Shown here piece by piece: positions 1 through 9,433 of a DNA stretch of 64,000 bases. Each line of letters starts with the position of its first letter. Positions within the stretch are counted from its first letter, which is position 1. The notes beneath the pieces were generated by a model that searched no databases, was not told where the DNA came from, and saw only the letters and a list, made by a program, of their open reading frames with translations. Made by a program: the position numbers and the translations under genes. Source of the stretch: Candidatus Woesebacteria bacterium (GTDB lineage: Bacteria; Patescibacteriota; Microgenomatia; UBA1400; MFAQ01); the NCBI GenBank assembly GCA_035389185.1, contig DAOORK010000001.1, forward strand, positions 65,006 through 129,005, written 5' to 3'.

Positions 1-1
1 G

Positions 2-853
2 AAGAAACACCCAGCTGATTTTGTCCTTTGGTTTAAAAGGGTGGGTAAGTACAAGGATCACGTAATGCACTGGGCTAGCCCTTGGGGCGACGGGTTCCCC
101 GGATGGCATATAGAGTGTTCGACTATGAGTATGAAGTACTTGGGCGAACAGTTTGATATTCATACCGGCGGAGAGGATCATCTATCCATTCACCATCCAA
201 ACGAGATTGCCCAGAGTGAAGCGGGTACGGGCAAGAAGCCATTTGTGAAGTACTGGATCCACACCACTTTCCTGATGGTTGATGGGAAAAAGATGAGTAA
301 GAGTTTGGGGAACCTTTATAGACTCACGGATCTGGCCGAAAAAGGATTCTCTCCTTTGGCTCTACGCTACTATTTCTTGACGACTCACTACCGAAAGCAG
401 ATGAACTTTACCTGGGAAGGCCTGAATGGCGCCAAGACGGCTTTGACGAAGCTAAATAAAATGGTGATCGATTTACGAGATATCCCGGTAACTGCCGATG
501 GCTGGTCTGATGAAGGAAAGGCATATTACGAAAAGTTCGTGGCTGCCATGGAAGATGATTTGAATACGGCTTCTGCCTTATCTGTCGTTTGGGAGATGAT
601 GAAGAGTCCGATTTCCGACGAGGCCAAAAAGAACTTGATAAATGTGATGGACTCTGTTTTGGGGCTTAACTTGGGAACTGAAGAGGACAAAAACATTGGT
701 ATTCCGGAAGAGATTAAAGATCTTCTAGCAAAAAGAGAAGAAGCCCGGAAAACCAAAAACTGGGCTGAGTCGGACGCTATTCGAAACCAGATCACAGAAA
801 TGGGATACAAGGTAGAGGATTATGCAGATGGAGCCAGGGTGGAGAAAATCTGA
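2..853 (+). CDS. cysS: Cysteine--tRNA ligase (5'-truncated at window edge)
   Basis: DFVLW, SPWGDGFPGWHIECS, DIHTGGEDH, HHPNEIAQ and KMSKS motifs; frame is open from the window start. Confidence 0.97.
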   Translation, partial: KKHPADFVLWFKRVGKYKDHVMHWASPWGDGFPGWHIECSTMSMKYLGEQFDIHTGGEDHLSIHHPNEIAQSEAGTGKKPFVKYWIHTTFLMVDGKKMSKSLGNLYRLTDLAEKGFSPLALRYYFLTTHYRKQMNFTWEGLNGAKTALTKLNKMVIDLRDIPVTADGWSDEGKAYYEKFVAAMEDDLNTASALSVVWEMMKSPISDEAKKNLINVMDSVLGLNLGTEEDKNIGIPEEIKDLLAKREEARKTKNWAESDAIRNQITEMGYKVEDYADGARVEKI

Positions 854-870
854 TTATGCTAGACTGAATT

Positions 871-1422
871 ATGAGAGTAAAAGGGATTTATATAGCCGTG
901 ATTTTGGGAGTTTTGACAGTATCTTTGGGAGCAGTGTTTGAAGTCTCTAAGTCCAGAAATGAAGAAAGGGTATTAGCGGCGACGACAACTAAGACTTTGG
1001 AAGAGAGAGTGGCTTCGTTGGAAAGCAGAGTTTATTTATTAGAAAAGAGTGCCGGTTTAATTGCTACCAAGACGAAGGCAAGTGAGACATTTGTGTCTCT
1101 TGTCGGTGGAGATATTAATAGTGCAGATTGGTCCAAGATTCCCGGAACAGACTTTACTTTGGACACTGCTCTATACGGAAAGACGGTCGAAGTATCATGG
1201 CAGGGCTGGTTCAAAGGAGTCGGATCAGTGAGACTATATGATTCGACAAATCATCGAGCAGTGGACTTTAGTGAGTTTTTATCGACGACAGATGGCAGTA
1301 AGAGTTTTTATAGCAAAGTAATGTCCATCTGGAGAGGACAGAACCAGTACTATATAGAAGGAAAAACAACAGATGGAACAGTGACTTTATCTTCACCACG
1401 GTTAAAGATTGTTGCAAAATGA
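871..1422 (+). CDS. Hypothetical membrane-anchored/secreted protein
   Basis: N-terminal hydrophobic helix, short coiled coil (LEERVASLESRV), beta-rich C-terminus. Confidence 0.75.
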   Translation: MRVKGIYIAVILGVLTVSLGAVFEVSKSRNEERVLAATTTKTLEERVASLESRVYLLEKSAGLIATKTKASETFVSLVGGDINSADWSKIPGTDFTLDTALYGKTVEVSWQGWFKGVGSVRLYDSTNHRAVDFSEFLSTTDGSKSFYSKVMSIWRGQNQYYIEGKTTDGTVTLSSPRLKIVAK

Positions 1423-1658
1423 AGGATTGGTTTGTGTATATGGTGGAGTGCCGAGATGGATCTTATTACACAGGAATCACAGATGATTTGGATAGACGTA
1501 TTAAAACGCACAACGTAGGCAAAGGGGCAAAATACACCGCTGGGAGAGGGCCTGTAGTTTTGAGATACCAGGAAAAAGTGAAGAATAGAAGTGAGGCTTT
1601 AAAAAGAGAAGGGGAAATAAAAAAAATGAGTCGGGGAGAAAAGATTTCCTTGTGTTAG
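1419..1658 (+). CDS. Small GIY-YIG nuclease family protein (UPF0213/YhbQ-like)
   Basis: FVYMVEC-DGSYYTGIT-DLDRRIKTHN-GKGAKYT-ALKRE pattern. Confidence 0.92.
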   Translation: MKDWFVYMVECRDGSYYTGITDDLDRRIKTHNVGKGAKYTAGRGPVVLRYQEKVKNRSEALKREGEIKKMSRGEKISLC

Positions 1659-1695
1659 AATCTTTTCAAGAACACCTTAACATAGGAGGCGAGCA

Positions 1696-2022
1696 ATGCA
1701 ACCAATTTTCATGACGAACGACTTAGGTGGGGTTGTTTTCCTCGGCAAAGACAAGATCGTTTTGAGATTTTCCAAAGGAGTAACACACACTGTTCGAGTG
1801 AATACTAAGGAAATTCTTGCACTTCTAAAAACTAGGTCCGAACAAGTTTGGAAAAACGAAAAGATTTTAATCGAGCCGATGTATTTAGAAATCATCGAAG
1901 GCAAAGTCAGATCTTTTACACAGATTACCTTTAAAAATACGCCAATCGATAGCGATATTGCGGATGTTTTTCAAACAGATTTAGAATCCGTTTTAGAAGA
2001 AATCGAAAGGGACTATTTGTGA
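1696..2022 (+). CDS. Hypothetical protein (standalone unit)
   Basis: AGGAGG at 1684-1689, TGTTAGAAT -10 upstream, terminator directly downstream. Confidence 0.75.
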   Translation: MQPIFMTNDLGGVVFLGKDKIVLRFSKGVTHTVRVNTKEILALLKTRSEQVWKNEKILIEPMYLEIIEGKVRSFTQITFKNTPIDSDIADVFQTDLESVLEEIERDYL

Positions 2023-2026
2023 TATC

Positions 2027-2051
2027 ACCCCGTCTATATGGCGGGGTTTTT
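2027..2051 (+). terminator. Intrinsic terminator
   Basis: ACCCCGTC-TATAT-GGCGGGGT followed by a T run. Confidence 0.8.
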
Positions 2052-2089
2052 CTTGGTTTGAAGATAGAGATGTATGGTATATTTTGCGC

Positions 2090-3220
2090 ATGCAGAGCAG
2101 TGTCGAACAAAGTGAGCGAATTACTATCCGGGCAACAGGCAAAGATTTGCTGGATCTTAATGTAATTAATGAAAAAAAGAGGGGGCTGGCTTTAGTGGAA
2201 CACAGAGATTTTGGAGGTGTGCCGGAGGAAGGGATGGGACTTTTGAGAACAGTAATGGTTGCTCACTTGATAGCACCATTCTTCCCAAAAATAATTGAGA
2301 CAAATTTTGGTGTTAGTGACAGTGTGTTTATAAATGAGCTATATAAGTTTTACGGATACAAGCCGCCCAGACTAGAAACTTTTGATGAAATTAATCCGAT
2401 TGGAAGTACTCAATCGTCAAAGGAGACAAAAATAATTGAAATTGCCAACGCACATTCTGGCGGATTAGATTCTGCCTTCCGAATGGCTAAATTAATGCAA
2501 GGGGGAAAGTCCGTCATGGGAATACATCTACGAAACCTTAACAACAAAGGAAACTTTGCTGAGTATATGGCCAGTAAACAACAGTGTGAAGAGTGGGGAG
2601 TGCCATTTGAAAATGTGAAACTTCGTAACAGTTCGATGAATAATGGTTTTGACACCATGAGAACCAGAGATTTTCTTTTGGCAATAGTGGCGGCAGTTAC
2701 AGCGTACCAAAGCGGTAGTAGTAAGGTATTAATCGAAGGAGATATGTTTGATGATCCGGAGAAGGGACACTTTAGTGAAAATACCGATGCTTGGATAATG
2801 TTTAATAAACTAATTAAGGATGCCAACTTGAAGTTGGAAGTGGAAGGAGTTGACCCGGGGGATGTGGAAACAGTTGGCGAGGTGATAAGGCTGGAAAAGA
2901 GTTTGGGAATTGAGATATTGCCATTGATACAAAACTGTTTTAGTGCCGTTTTTCAGCGACCAGGAATCAGAAGAAAATGGGAGAGAGTGACTCCTATAAT
3001 TGCGGCAAATAGCTCCAGAGAACACTGGTGTGGTAGCTGCGTGAAGTGCCGCAGAATGACGATGGGAAGGATTATTTATCAAGATCCGCGGTTTGCCGAT
3101 GTTCCCAGATCGGAAGTAGAGTATTTCGTAAAAGATACATATAGTTGGCTTAAGCTCTACAAACATAATGGAGACATGGTATCGGCCAGTTTCTTGAAAC
3201 ATCTGGCTAGTTTGTGCTAA
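2090..3220 (+). CDS. QueC-like PP-loop ATPase with N-terminal extension and C-terminal Cys cluster
   Basis: AHSGGLDS PP-loop; C...HWCGSCVKCRR zinc motif; start could be ATG 2090 or TTG 2084. Confidence 0.7.
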   Translation: MQSSVEQSERITIRATGKDLLDLNVINEKKRGLALVEHRDFGGVPEEGMGLLRTVMVAHLIAPFFPKIIETNFGVSDSVFINELYKFYGYKPPRLETFDEINPIGSTQSSKETKIIEIANAHSGGLDSAFRMAKLMQGGKSVMGIHLRNLNNKGNFAEYMASKQQCEEWGVPFENVKLRNSSMNNGFDTMRTRDFLLAIVAAVTAYQSGSSKVLIEGDMFDDPEKGHFSENTDAWIMFNKLIKDANLKLEVEGVDPGDVETVGEVIRLEKSLGIEILPLIQNCFSAVFQRPGIRRKWERVTPIIAANSSREHWCGSCVKCRRMTMGRIIYQDPRFADVPRSEVEYFVKDTYSWLKLYKHNGDMVSASFLKHLASLC

Positions 3221-3267
3221 AATATCCCGCTATAGGACTTTAAAATCTATTACAGAAGAGGAGAGCG

Positions 3268-4074
3268 ATGAAGAAAAAAGATAATGAGATTAAGTACAAG
3301 TCTTTATTGCCTGAGGATCAGAATCCAATAACCAAACCCATTTTTAGCGGTGGCTTTTATACCCCGTGTCCACTTACTGAAGATCAGAAAAGACGATTTT
3401 TTTTGGGTTATCCTAATATCTCACTACCAAATGGACCGCGCCCGCACGTTCCACTATTTAGCGGAAAAGTAAAAATAATTTCCAGCAGGATTGCCTATTG
3501 CGGTAGGGTCATGAAGATGTTGGAGGTGACGGAGACACACACCAAATTTGACAGGGAGGAAAGCAGACCTTTTACGTGGTCGATGTTTCATCGAAAGGGT
3601 GGATCGGCCGTTTTGATCCATGACGTGATAAAAAATGAGGTTTTGTTGGTGGAGCAAATACGACCAGCAATACTGATTGAGTCTGTCGATGAAGAGAACG
3701 TAAACTTTGCCTTAGATAAAAACGGTCACATGATAGAGATTGTTGCTGGCGGATTTGGTAAAGACACTCCCGAGGTGTGTGCTATTCGAGAAGTTTTTGA
3801 AGAAACTGGTATCAAGATTAAACCAGATAATCTGCAAAACATCATGAATTTTTATCTATCTCCAGGTGGATCGACAGAGATAATCTGTTTGTATTATGCA
3901 CCGATAACCTCAAAGAAGACGAAAGGTAAGGGGGGAGGACTCTCTAAGGAAAATGAGGACATCAAATGTCATTGGGTGAGTCTTTATGACGCCAGTCTGA
4001 TGCTGAGCAATAACGAGATTAAAGACGCAAAAACGATTATTGCAATCCAGTGGCTTTTAGCTCAGAAAAGATAA
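3268..4074 (+). CDS. NUDIX hydrolase (ADP-ribose/GDP-sugar pyrophosphatase, NudF/NudK-like)
   Basis: LLVEQIRP, AIREVFEETG Nudix box, SPGGSTE, ENEDI, DAKTIIAIQWL; GAGGAG SD. Confidence 0.88.
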   Translation: MKKKDNEIKYKSLLPEDQNPITKPIFSGGFYTPCPLTEDQKRRFFLGYPNISLPNGPRPHVPLFSGKVKIISSRIAYCGRVMKMLEVTETHTKFDREESRPFTWSMFHRKGGSAVLIHDVIKNEVLLVEQIRPAILIESVDEENVNFALDKNGHMIEIVAGGFGKDTPEVCAIREVFEETGIKIKPDNLQNIMNFYLSPGGSTEIICLYYAPITSKKTKGKGGGLSKENEDIKCHWVSLYDASLMLSNNEIKDAKTIIAIQWLLAQKR

Positions 4075-4083
4075 GCTTTTTGT

Positions 4084-4148
4084 AACCAGGTTTGACTATC
4101 AAGTCGGCCTGGTTTTTTGTTACAAAAAACCCGCCCTTTTGGGGCGGG
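4084..4148. terminator. Two convergent intrinsic terminators (+ at 4084-4118, - at 4124-4148)
   Basis: AACCAGG...CCTGGTTTTTT and AAAAAACCCGCCC-TTTTG-GGGCGGG. Confidence 0.8.
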
Positions 4149-4154
4149 AAGGTG

Positions 4155-4538
4155 TTAACGACGATTTTTTCTGAGTTTGTTTTTCAGCTTGTAGTTGGCA
4201 AACCAAATTGTGTTTTTGATGTTAACTATAATGTCTTCAATCCGATACCAGATCTTGCAGAAGAAAATTCTTATCTTAATCAGGTAAACCTTGAATGAAG
4301 GTTTAGCAGGGAGATTTTTCCCCGTGGGAGTCAGACCATTACCGTCATGACATGATAACTTTGTGCCATCGGTGCAGAGGGCTGAATAACCGGAGATTTC
4401 GTAGATGATTTTGGTTTCATCCCGTTGTGTCTTTGGAGTGCCAAAATCTTTCTGCAAAATGATCTCATCTCCTTTTTTGAGCCCAGCAACTACGTAGGCT
4501 CCCGGATTAATGAACGAACCACATCCACCACAACACAT
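4155..4538 (-). CDS. Hypothetical protein
   Basis: AAGGAG SD, own TATAAT, own terminator; Cys-rich N-terminus and basic C-terminus. Confidence 0.7.
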   Translation of the reverse strand: MCCGGCGSFINPGAYVVAGLKKGDEIILQKDFGTPKTQRDETKIIYEISGYSALCTDGTKLSCHDGNGLTPTGKNLPAKPSFKVYLIKIRIFFCKIWYRIEDIIVNIKNTIWFANYKLKNKLRKNRR

Positions 4539-4637
4539 AGAGATTCTCCTTTTGTTTTAGAGTACGATGGGGAAATTATATCCTGTAATAGAAAAAATTG
4601 CAACAAAAAACCCGCCTTGTAGGCGGGTTGAGCGGTA

Positions 4638-5117
4638 TTAATCGCTGTAAATCTCGATAGGTTGATTACACTGCGGACAGCGATCAAGGTCTTGACTTAA
4701 TTGTTTGTTGCAGTTTGGACAACGCCAGTCTTTGGTGGACATCATTTTCTTATCGTAGCGAGAGCGGGGAGTGAAAGGTAAATCAGAAACTTTTATGTTT
4801 GTTTCGACTTTGCTTCCACATTTATTGCAGTATGGAGTGGTGGGTTTTTGACAACCCTTCGGACAATCGTAAGTGATTTCCAAATTGATGGGTATGGCCA
4901 AGACACCGTGGAGCTGAGAAGCGACAGAATCCAGGTTGGTGTTGTCGAACATACATAAGTTGGCGATGTATTTTGGGCCGAAGCCCTGTATCGGATTGCA
5001 ATCAATATCCCAGTCTTTTATGGTTATAATTTCGCCATTGGGTAATATGATCGGGTCATGAGAGGTTCGCTTTACGTGATAAGTAATGCGGTCCCAGACA
5101 AAAACGATATATGTCAT
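4638..5117 (-). CDS. Hypothetical zinc-ribbon protein (paralog of 5195-5560)
   Basis: CPKGC..YCNKCG plus CPNC..CPQC; AGGAGG SD; terminator at 4605-4629. Confidence 0.8.
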   Translation of the reverse strand: MTYIVFVWDRITYHVKRTSHDPIILPNGEIITIKDWDIDCNPIQGFGPKYIANLCMFDNTNLDSVASQLHGVLAIPINLEITYDCPKGCQKPTTPYCNKCGSKVETNIKVSDLPFTPRSRYDKKMMSTKDWRCPNCNKQLSQDLDRCPQCNQPIEIYSD

Positions 5118-5194
5118 TAAAGTGCCTCCTTTGTTTTAGGATGGTTGGATTATAGCATTTAAAGAAGAAAACCCTCCATTGCTGGCGGGCTGTT

Positions 5195-5560
5195 TTAGAT
5201 TTTTTTGAATTGGTCAGCAGGTTTGATTTTTAATGTTACCTCGGTTTTGGAACCGCATTTCTTACAGTAGGGATCTGTAGCTCTGGAACAACCATTGGGG
5301 CAAGTGACAGTTCTTTTGATGATAATCTCAATTGCAAGAACACCGCCAAGTTCTTTGGCAATTTGTTCTTGACTCATACTTATGTGATTAATTTTGAAGA
5401 GTAATTTGAGTTTTCCGGGATTTGGGGGAGAAGCTTCTTTTGCCCAACCATCGCCCTTAAGTACATAGCTGCTGTCTGGGAGAATGATGGGGTTGGCCGC
5501 TTTGGAGACGGTGTACTTCTTACCGTCGTACTCAAAGATGATTCTGTCTTTATCTTCCAC
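5195..5560 (-). CDS. Hypothetical zinc-ribbon protein (paralog of 4638-5117)
   Basis: CPNGC..YCKKCG; AGGAGG SD before GTG; terminator at 5168-5189. Confidence 0.8.
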   Translation of the reverse strand: MEDKDRIIFEYDGKKYTVSKAANPIILPDSSYVLKGDGWAKEASPPNPGKLKLLFKINHISMSQEQIAKELGGVLAIEIIIKRTVTCPNGCSRATDPYCKKCGSKTEVTLKIKPADQFKKI

Positions 5561-5624
5561 TCTATAGCCTCCTTCGAGTTAAAGTGCTTGGAAAGATTAT
5601 ATATCGTCATGAGATAATAGAGCC

Positions 5625-6671
5625 ATGAGTCTTAAGGTTGGAATTGTTGGTTTACCAAACGTGGGGAAGTCCACGCTTTTTAACGCGCTTTTGAAGCGTC
5701 AACAGGCTTTAGTAGCCAATTATCCTTTTGCCACGATAGAACCGAATATAGGGGTAGTAGAGGTGCCTGACGAACGTTTAAAAATACTGGCCGAGATTTC
5801 TAATTCCGGAAGAATTGTGCCAGCCACAGTGGAGTTTGTAGATATTGCCGGATTGGTGGCTGGAGCGGCAACTGGCGCTGGCCTGGGAAACAAGTTTTTG
5901 ACCCACATTCGAGAGGTTGACGTGATTTTGCAGGTTATGCGGGACTTTAGTGACTCAGAAATTGTGAAAGAGGGTTCGGTTGACCCGGAAACGGATTATC
6001 AGGTGATTGAGACAGAGCTGATTCTGAAAGACTTGGAAACTATAACAAAAGTGAAAGATGGAAAAGATCTCCGAGTTAAAGGAATGGAGAAGAAAAAGGA
6101 AGTAGTAGAGAGACTATTTGCCGGTTTGAATGAAGGGAAATCAGCCAGAGATATTCTGAAAACTGAAGAAGATTGGGAATTGGCATATGACCTTTTTCTC
6201 CTAACAGCAAAAAAAGAAATTCGAGTTTATAACGTAAGTGAGGATGACTCACGCCTTAGAAAACCGATGGACGAGTGTCTTTATATTTGTGCCAAAGTAG
6301 AGTCGGAGTTATCGAGTTTGTCCGAGAATGATGCTAAGGCATATTTAATTGAACTGGGGATCAAAGAGTCAGGTTTGGACTTGCTAATTAAAAAGGCATA
6401 TGAGGCCTTGGGGCTGATATCGTTTCTCACTACCGGAGAGATGGAAAGCAGGGCCTGGACAACTAAGAAAGATTCAAAAGCCCCACAAGCCGCGGCCGTG
6501 ATTCATACGGATTTTGAAAAGAAGTTTATTAAAGCAAAGGTGTGTGATTATGATAAGTTTGTCGAGGCTGGCGGTTGGAAAGAAGCCTCAGACAAAGGCT
6601 GGGTAAGATTTGAGGGTTCTGAGTATCTGGTTAAAGATGGTGATGTAATCGAATTCATGATTGGAAGGTGA
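5625..6671 (+). CDS. ychF: Redox-regulated ATPase YchF
   Basis: GIVGLPNVGKST, NYPFATIEPN, DIAGLV, GLGNKFL, TGS C-terminus. Confidence 0.97.
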   Translation: MSLKVGIVGLPNVGKSTLFNALLKRQQALVANYPFATIEPNIGVVEVPDERLKILAEISNSGRIVPATVEFVDIAGLVAGAATGAGLGNKFLTHIREVDVILQVMRDFSDSEIVKEGSVDPETDYQVIETELILKDLETITKVKDGKDLRVKGMEKKKEVVERLFAGLNEGKSARDILKTEEDWELAYDLFLLTAKKEIRVYNVSEDDSRLRKPMDECLYICAKVESELSSLSENDAKAYLIELGIKESGLDLLIKKAYEALGLISFLTTGEMESRAWTTKKDSKAPQAAAVIHTDFEKKFIKAKVCDYDKFVEAGGWKEASDKGWVRFEGSEYLVKDGDVIEFMIGR

Positions 6672-6737
6672 TCTAGTTTAGATACCATTTATGAGACTTT
6701 GTTATGGTAAAATAGCCTGTTATTATAAAAGCTAAAA

Positions 6738-7052
6738 ATGGCTAAAAAGACAACCGAAACCAAACCGTCCATGGGCTCAATGAATAAATATGAGCTCGTT
6801 GTCATTTATCCCGTCTCTGAGAATGAAATCGGAGCCGAGAAACAGATTGCTGATAAGTGCAAGAAACGCAACTTTAAAGTAGAGTCTGTTGATAAATGGG
6901 GAACGAAAACCATGGCTTACGAAATTAAAAAACAGAGCAGGGGATACTATCTCAAGCTTAACCTCGAAGGATTAACCACATCTGCCAGAGAGTTGGAGAG
7001 AGATTTGCAGATGGACGATAAACTGCTAAGATTTTTATTGATTAGGAATTAA
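6738..7052 (+). CDS. rpsF: 30S ribosomal protein S6
   Basis: KYELVVI, WG-K-MAYEIKK, GYY, LLRFL; first gene of rpsF-ssb-rpsR. Confidence 0.93.
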   Translation: MAKKTTETKPSMGSMNKYELVVIYPVSENEIGAEKQIADKCKKRNFKVESVDKWGTKTMAYEIKKQSRGYYLKLNLEGLTTSARELERDLQMDDKLLRFLLIRN

Positions 7053-7068
7053 CAAAAGAGGAGGAAAT

Positions 7069-7584
7069 ATGAGTACAAGAAGTTTGAACAAAGTAATGTT
7101 AATTGGAAATCTGACCCGTGACCCGGAGTTGAAATACACTCCTTCAGGAACCGGAGTCTGTACATTTGGTTTGGCAACAAACCGTGAATGGACTGATTCA
7201 TCTGGTCAAAAACAAGAAGGAGCTGAATTCCATCGTATTGTGGCTTGGGGAAAGTTGGGTGAACTATGTTCCCAGCTTTTAACTAAGGGTCGCAAAATCT
7301 ACGTAGAAGGCCGTTTACAAACCAGAGCTTGGAAGAGCCAAGATGGTGCCGATAGACAGGTGACCGAGGTGGTTATCGAAGAGATGATTCTTTTGGATTC
7401 TCCAAAAGGAGACAGAGATGGTGGATATGAACCACGCTACACTGCCGAAAGCAGCGTTTCTCCATTAGCTGACGTTAATCCAGCCGAAGAAGTATTCAAT
7501 CCGACTGCTGATGTTGAAGAAGAGAAGCCTGCTAAAAAAACAAAGAAAGAGGATAAAGCCGAAGAGGACGAAATTCCTTTCTAA
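7069..7584 (+). CDS. ssb: Single-stranded DNA-binding protein
   Basis: LNKVMLIGNLTRDPE, VEGRLQTR, acidic DEIPF tail. Confidence 0.97.
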   Translation: MSTRSLNKVMLIGNLTRDPELKYTPSGTGVCTFGLATNREWTDSSGQKQEGAEFHRIVAWGKLGELCSQLLTKGRKIYVEGRLQTRAWKSQDGADRQVTEVVIEEMILLDSPKGDRDGGYEPRYTAESSVSPLADVNPAEEVFNPTADVEEEKPAKKTKKEDKAEEDEIPF

Positions 7585-7609
7585 ATATTATCTGAAGTAA
7601 AAATAAAAT

Positions 7610-7840
7610 ATGATTCAAAAAAAGAAAATCAGAAAATCAAGTAAACCTTGTCCTTTCTGTGTCAAAAAGGCCGAGCCAAATTATACAGATCTCGAGTCTT
7701 TGGCTATTGGAGTATCAGTTAAAAAGAGAATTGTGTCCAGATGGACGACAGGTGTTTGTGAAAAACATCAGCTCAGATTGGCTCGCGCCATCAAAAGAGC
7801 CCGTCATTTGGCTCTTCTTCCCATGACTGACCGAGCTTAA
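7610..7840 (+). CDS. rpsR: 30S ribosomal protein S18
   Basis: CPFC, HQLRLARAIKRARHLALLP. Confidence 0.95.
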   Translation: MIQKKKIRKSSKPCPFCVKKAEPNYTDLESLAIGVSVKKRIVSRWTTGVCEKHQLRLARAIKRARHLALLPMTDRA

Positions 7841-7868
7841 TTAACAAATTACTATCCGTATTTGCCTC

Positions 7869-9077
7869 ATGAACCTAAAAAAGATTAGGAGAGTTTTGAT
7901 CGTTATATTGCTTGTTGGAGTTTGTGTTTACAGCGGATATAGATTAGGTGAATGGAAAGTAAATAAAGATTTAAGAGGCACTGGTATTGTTGATACTTCG
8001 TTGATGAACGAAGCGCTATCGCATTTAAAAGAAAGTTATCTTAAACCTGAAGACATTGACGCAACTAAACTGAAGTATGGTGCTGCTCAAGGGATGACGC
8101 AGGCCTTGGGAGACCCTTATACAAGTTTTTTTACCCCTGAAGAAAATAAGCGTTCAAATGATGACCTGGCAGGATTTTTTGGAGGTGTCGGAATTGAGTT
8201 GGGTTATATTGACAAGACACTGGCAGTTGTAGCTCCTATAAAGGATAGTCCCGCCGCAAAGGCAGGAATTACGGCAGGGGATCTTATTTTAAATATCAAA
8301 GATGAGGCAAATAACGTAAATAAAGATACGACAGGAATATCACTTGACGATGCGGTTAACTTGATAAGGGGACAAAAGGGGACGGCTGTCATTCTGACGA
8401 TTTATCATGAAAATGAGATAAAGTCGAGGGATGTGACACTAATTAGAGATACGATCAATGTACCCTCAACTGAGATTAATTGGATTGATTCCGGAAAGGT
8501 AGCTGTAGTTACCGTAAGTAAGTTTGGTGAACAAACACTTTCCGAGTGGAACAAGATTGTGACCGAAATTATTAGTAAAAAAGCAAGTGGGGTGATTTTG
8601 GATCTTCGCAATAATCCTGGCGGTTATTTACAGCGAGCAGTGGATTTGGGTAGTGAGTTTATTGCCGATGGAGTGATTGTGAAACAAAGAGAAAAATCCG
8701 GAACGCAAGTGATGAATGTGGATAGAAAAGGGAGGCTTGTGGGAATGCCTTTGGTAGTGTTGATTAACAAAGGTTCCGCTTCGGCTTCAGAGATTTTGGC
8801 CGGAGCGCTGCGTGAGCGAATTGGTGTCAAACTGGTAGGCGAGAATAGCTTTGGTAAGGGGACGGTTCAAGAAAAACAAGATTTTGCAGGTGGGGCAGGT
8901 ATACATGTGACAATAGCTGAGTGGCTGTTACCATCAGGAAAAAATATCCATGGCGAGGGTTTGGTGCCAGATGTATTGGTGGAGTATGTTTATGATGAAA
9001 AAAATCCTAAGGAAGACAATCAACTGAATAGAGCTTTGGAGGTTTTGCATCAAGTGGAGTTGGCGAGTAAGAAGTAA
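7869..9077 (+). CDS. ctpA: S41 family C-terminal processing peptidase (PDZ)
   Basis: DPYT, GGVGI, DLRNNPGG, SASASEI, FGKGTVQ. Confidence 0.93.
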   Translation: MNLKKIRRVLIVILLVGVCVYSGYRLGEWKVNKDLRGTGIVDTSLMNEALSHLKESYLKPEDIDATKLKYGAAQGMTQALGDPYTSFFTPEENKRSNDDLAGFFGGVGIELGYIDKTLAVVAPIKDSPAAKAGITAGDLILNIKDEANNVNKDTTGISLDDAVNLIRGQKGTAVILTIYHENEIKSRDVTLIRDTINVPSTEINWIDSGKVAVVTVSKFGEQTLSEWNKIVTEIISKKASGVILDLRNNPGGYLQRAVDLGSEFIADGVIVKQREKSGTQVMNVDRKGRLVGMPLVVLINKGSASASEILAGALRERIGVKLVGENSFGKGTVQEKQDFAGGAGIHVTIAEWLLPSGKNIHGEGLVPDVLVEYVYDEKNPKEDNQLNRALEVLHQVELASKK

Positions 9078-9099
9078 AAAACCCTCCTTAGGGAGGGTT
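9076..9099. terminator. Terminator hairpin between convergent genes
   Basis: AAAAAACCCTCC-TTAG-GGAGGGTT. Confidence 0.75.
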
Positions 9100-9103
9100 G
9101 TGT

Positions 9104-9382
9104 TCATTTTTGTTTAGGTATAATTTCGGCTTCGTCTTCTATATCGATAGAGTTAACATCAGTCGGTATACTTTTGTGGTTTTTGTACCAGTCTGCCAAG
9201 ATAAAAGTAAGAGCAGGGAGAAGTACTTCGTCGAGAAAGGGAATCGGATCGACGACAAAAAAATCGGTAATAGCCAAAACGGCAAAGATAATGATCAAGA
9301 CAATGATGGTACGATCTTTTTTGTCTATGGGAATACGGCCAAGAATTTTATTACCAAAAAAGGTAATCAAATCTTTTTTCAT
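9104..9382 (-). CDS. Small membrane protein (DUF1232/YkvA-like)
   Basis: TM helix followed by DFFVVDPIPFLDEVLL; AGGAGG SD. Confidence 0.7.
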   Translation of the reverse strand: MKKDLITFFGNKILGRIPIDKKDRTIIVLIIIFAVLAITDFFVVDPIPFLDEVLLPALTFILADWYKNHKSIPTDVNSIDIEDEAEIIPKQK

Positions 9383-9433
9383 TAAACCTCCTGTGATTTA
9401 AGGTACGTGGAGATTTTATCGCAGAGAAAGGGT

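Noticed and set aside
1419-1658. GIY-YIG gene as the mobiliser of the tRNA-linked elements
   Set aside because: It is a common standalone family, coupled to an unrelated upstream gene and far from the elements; nothing in the sequence links them.
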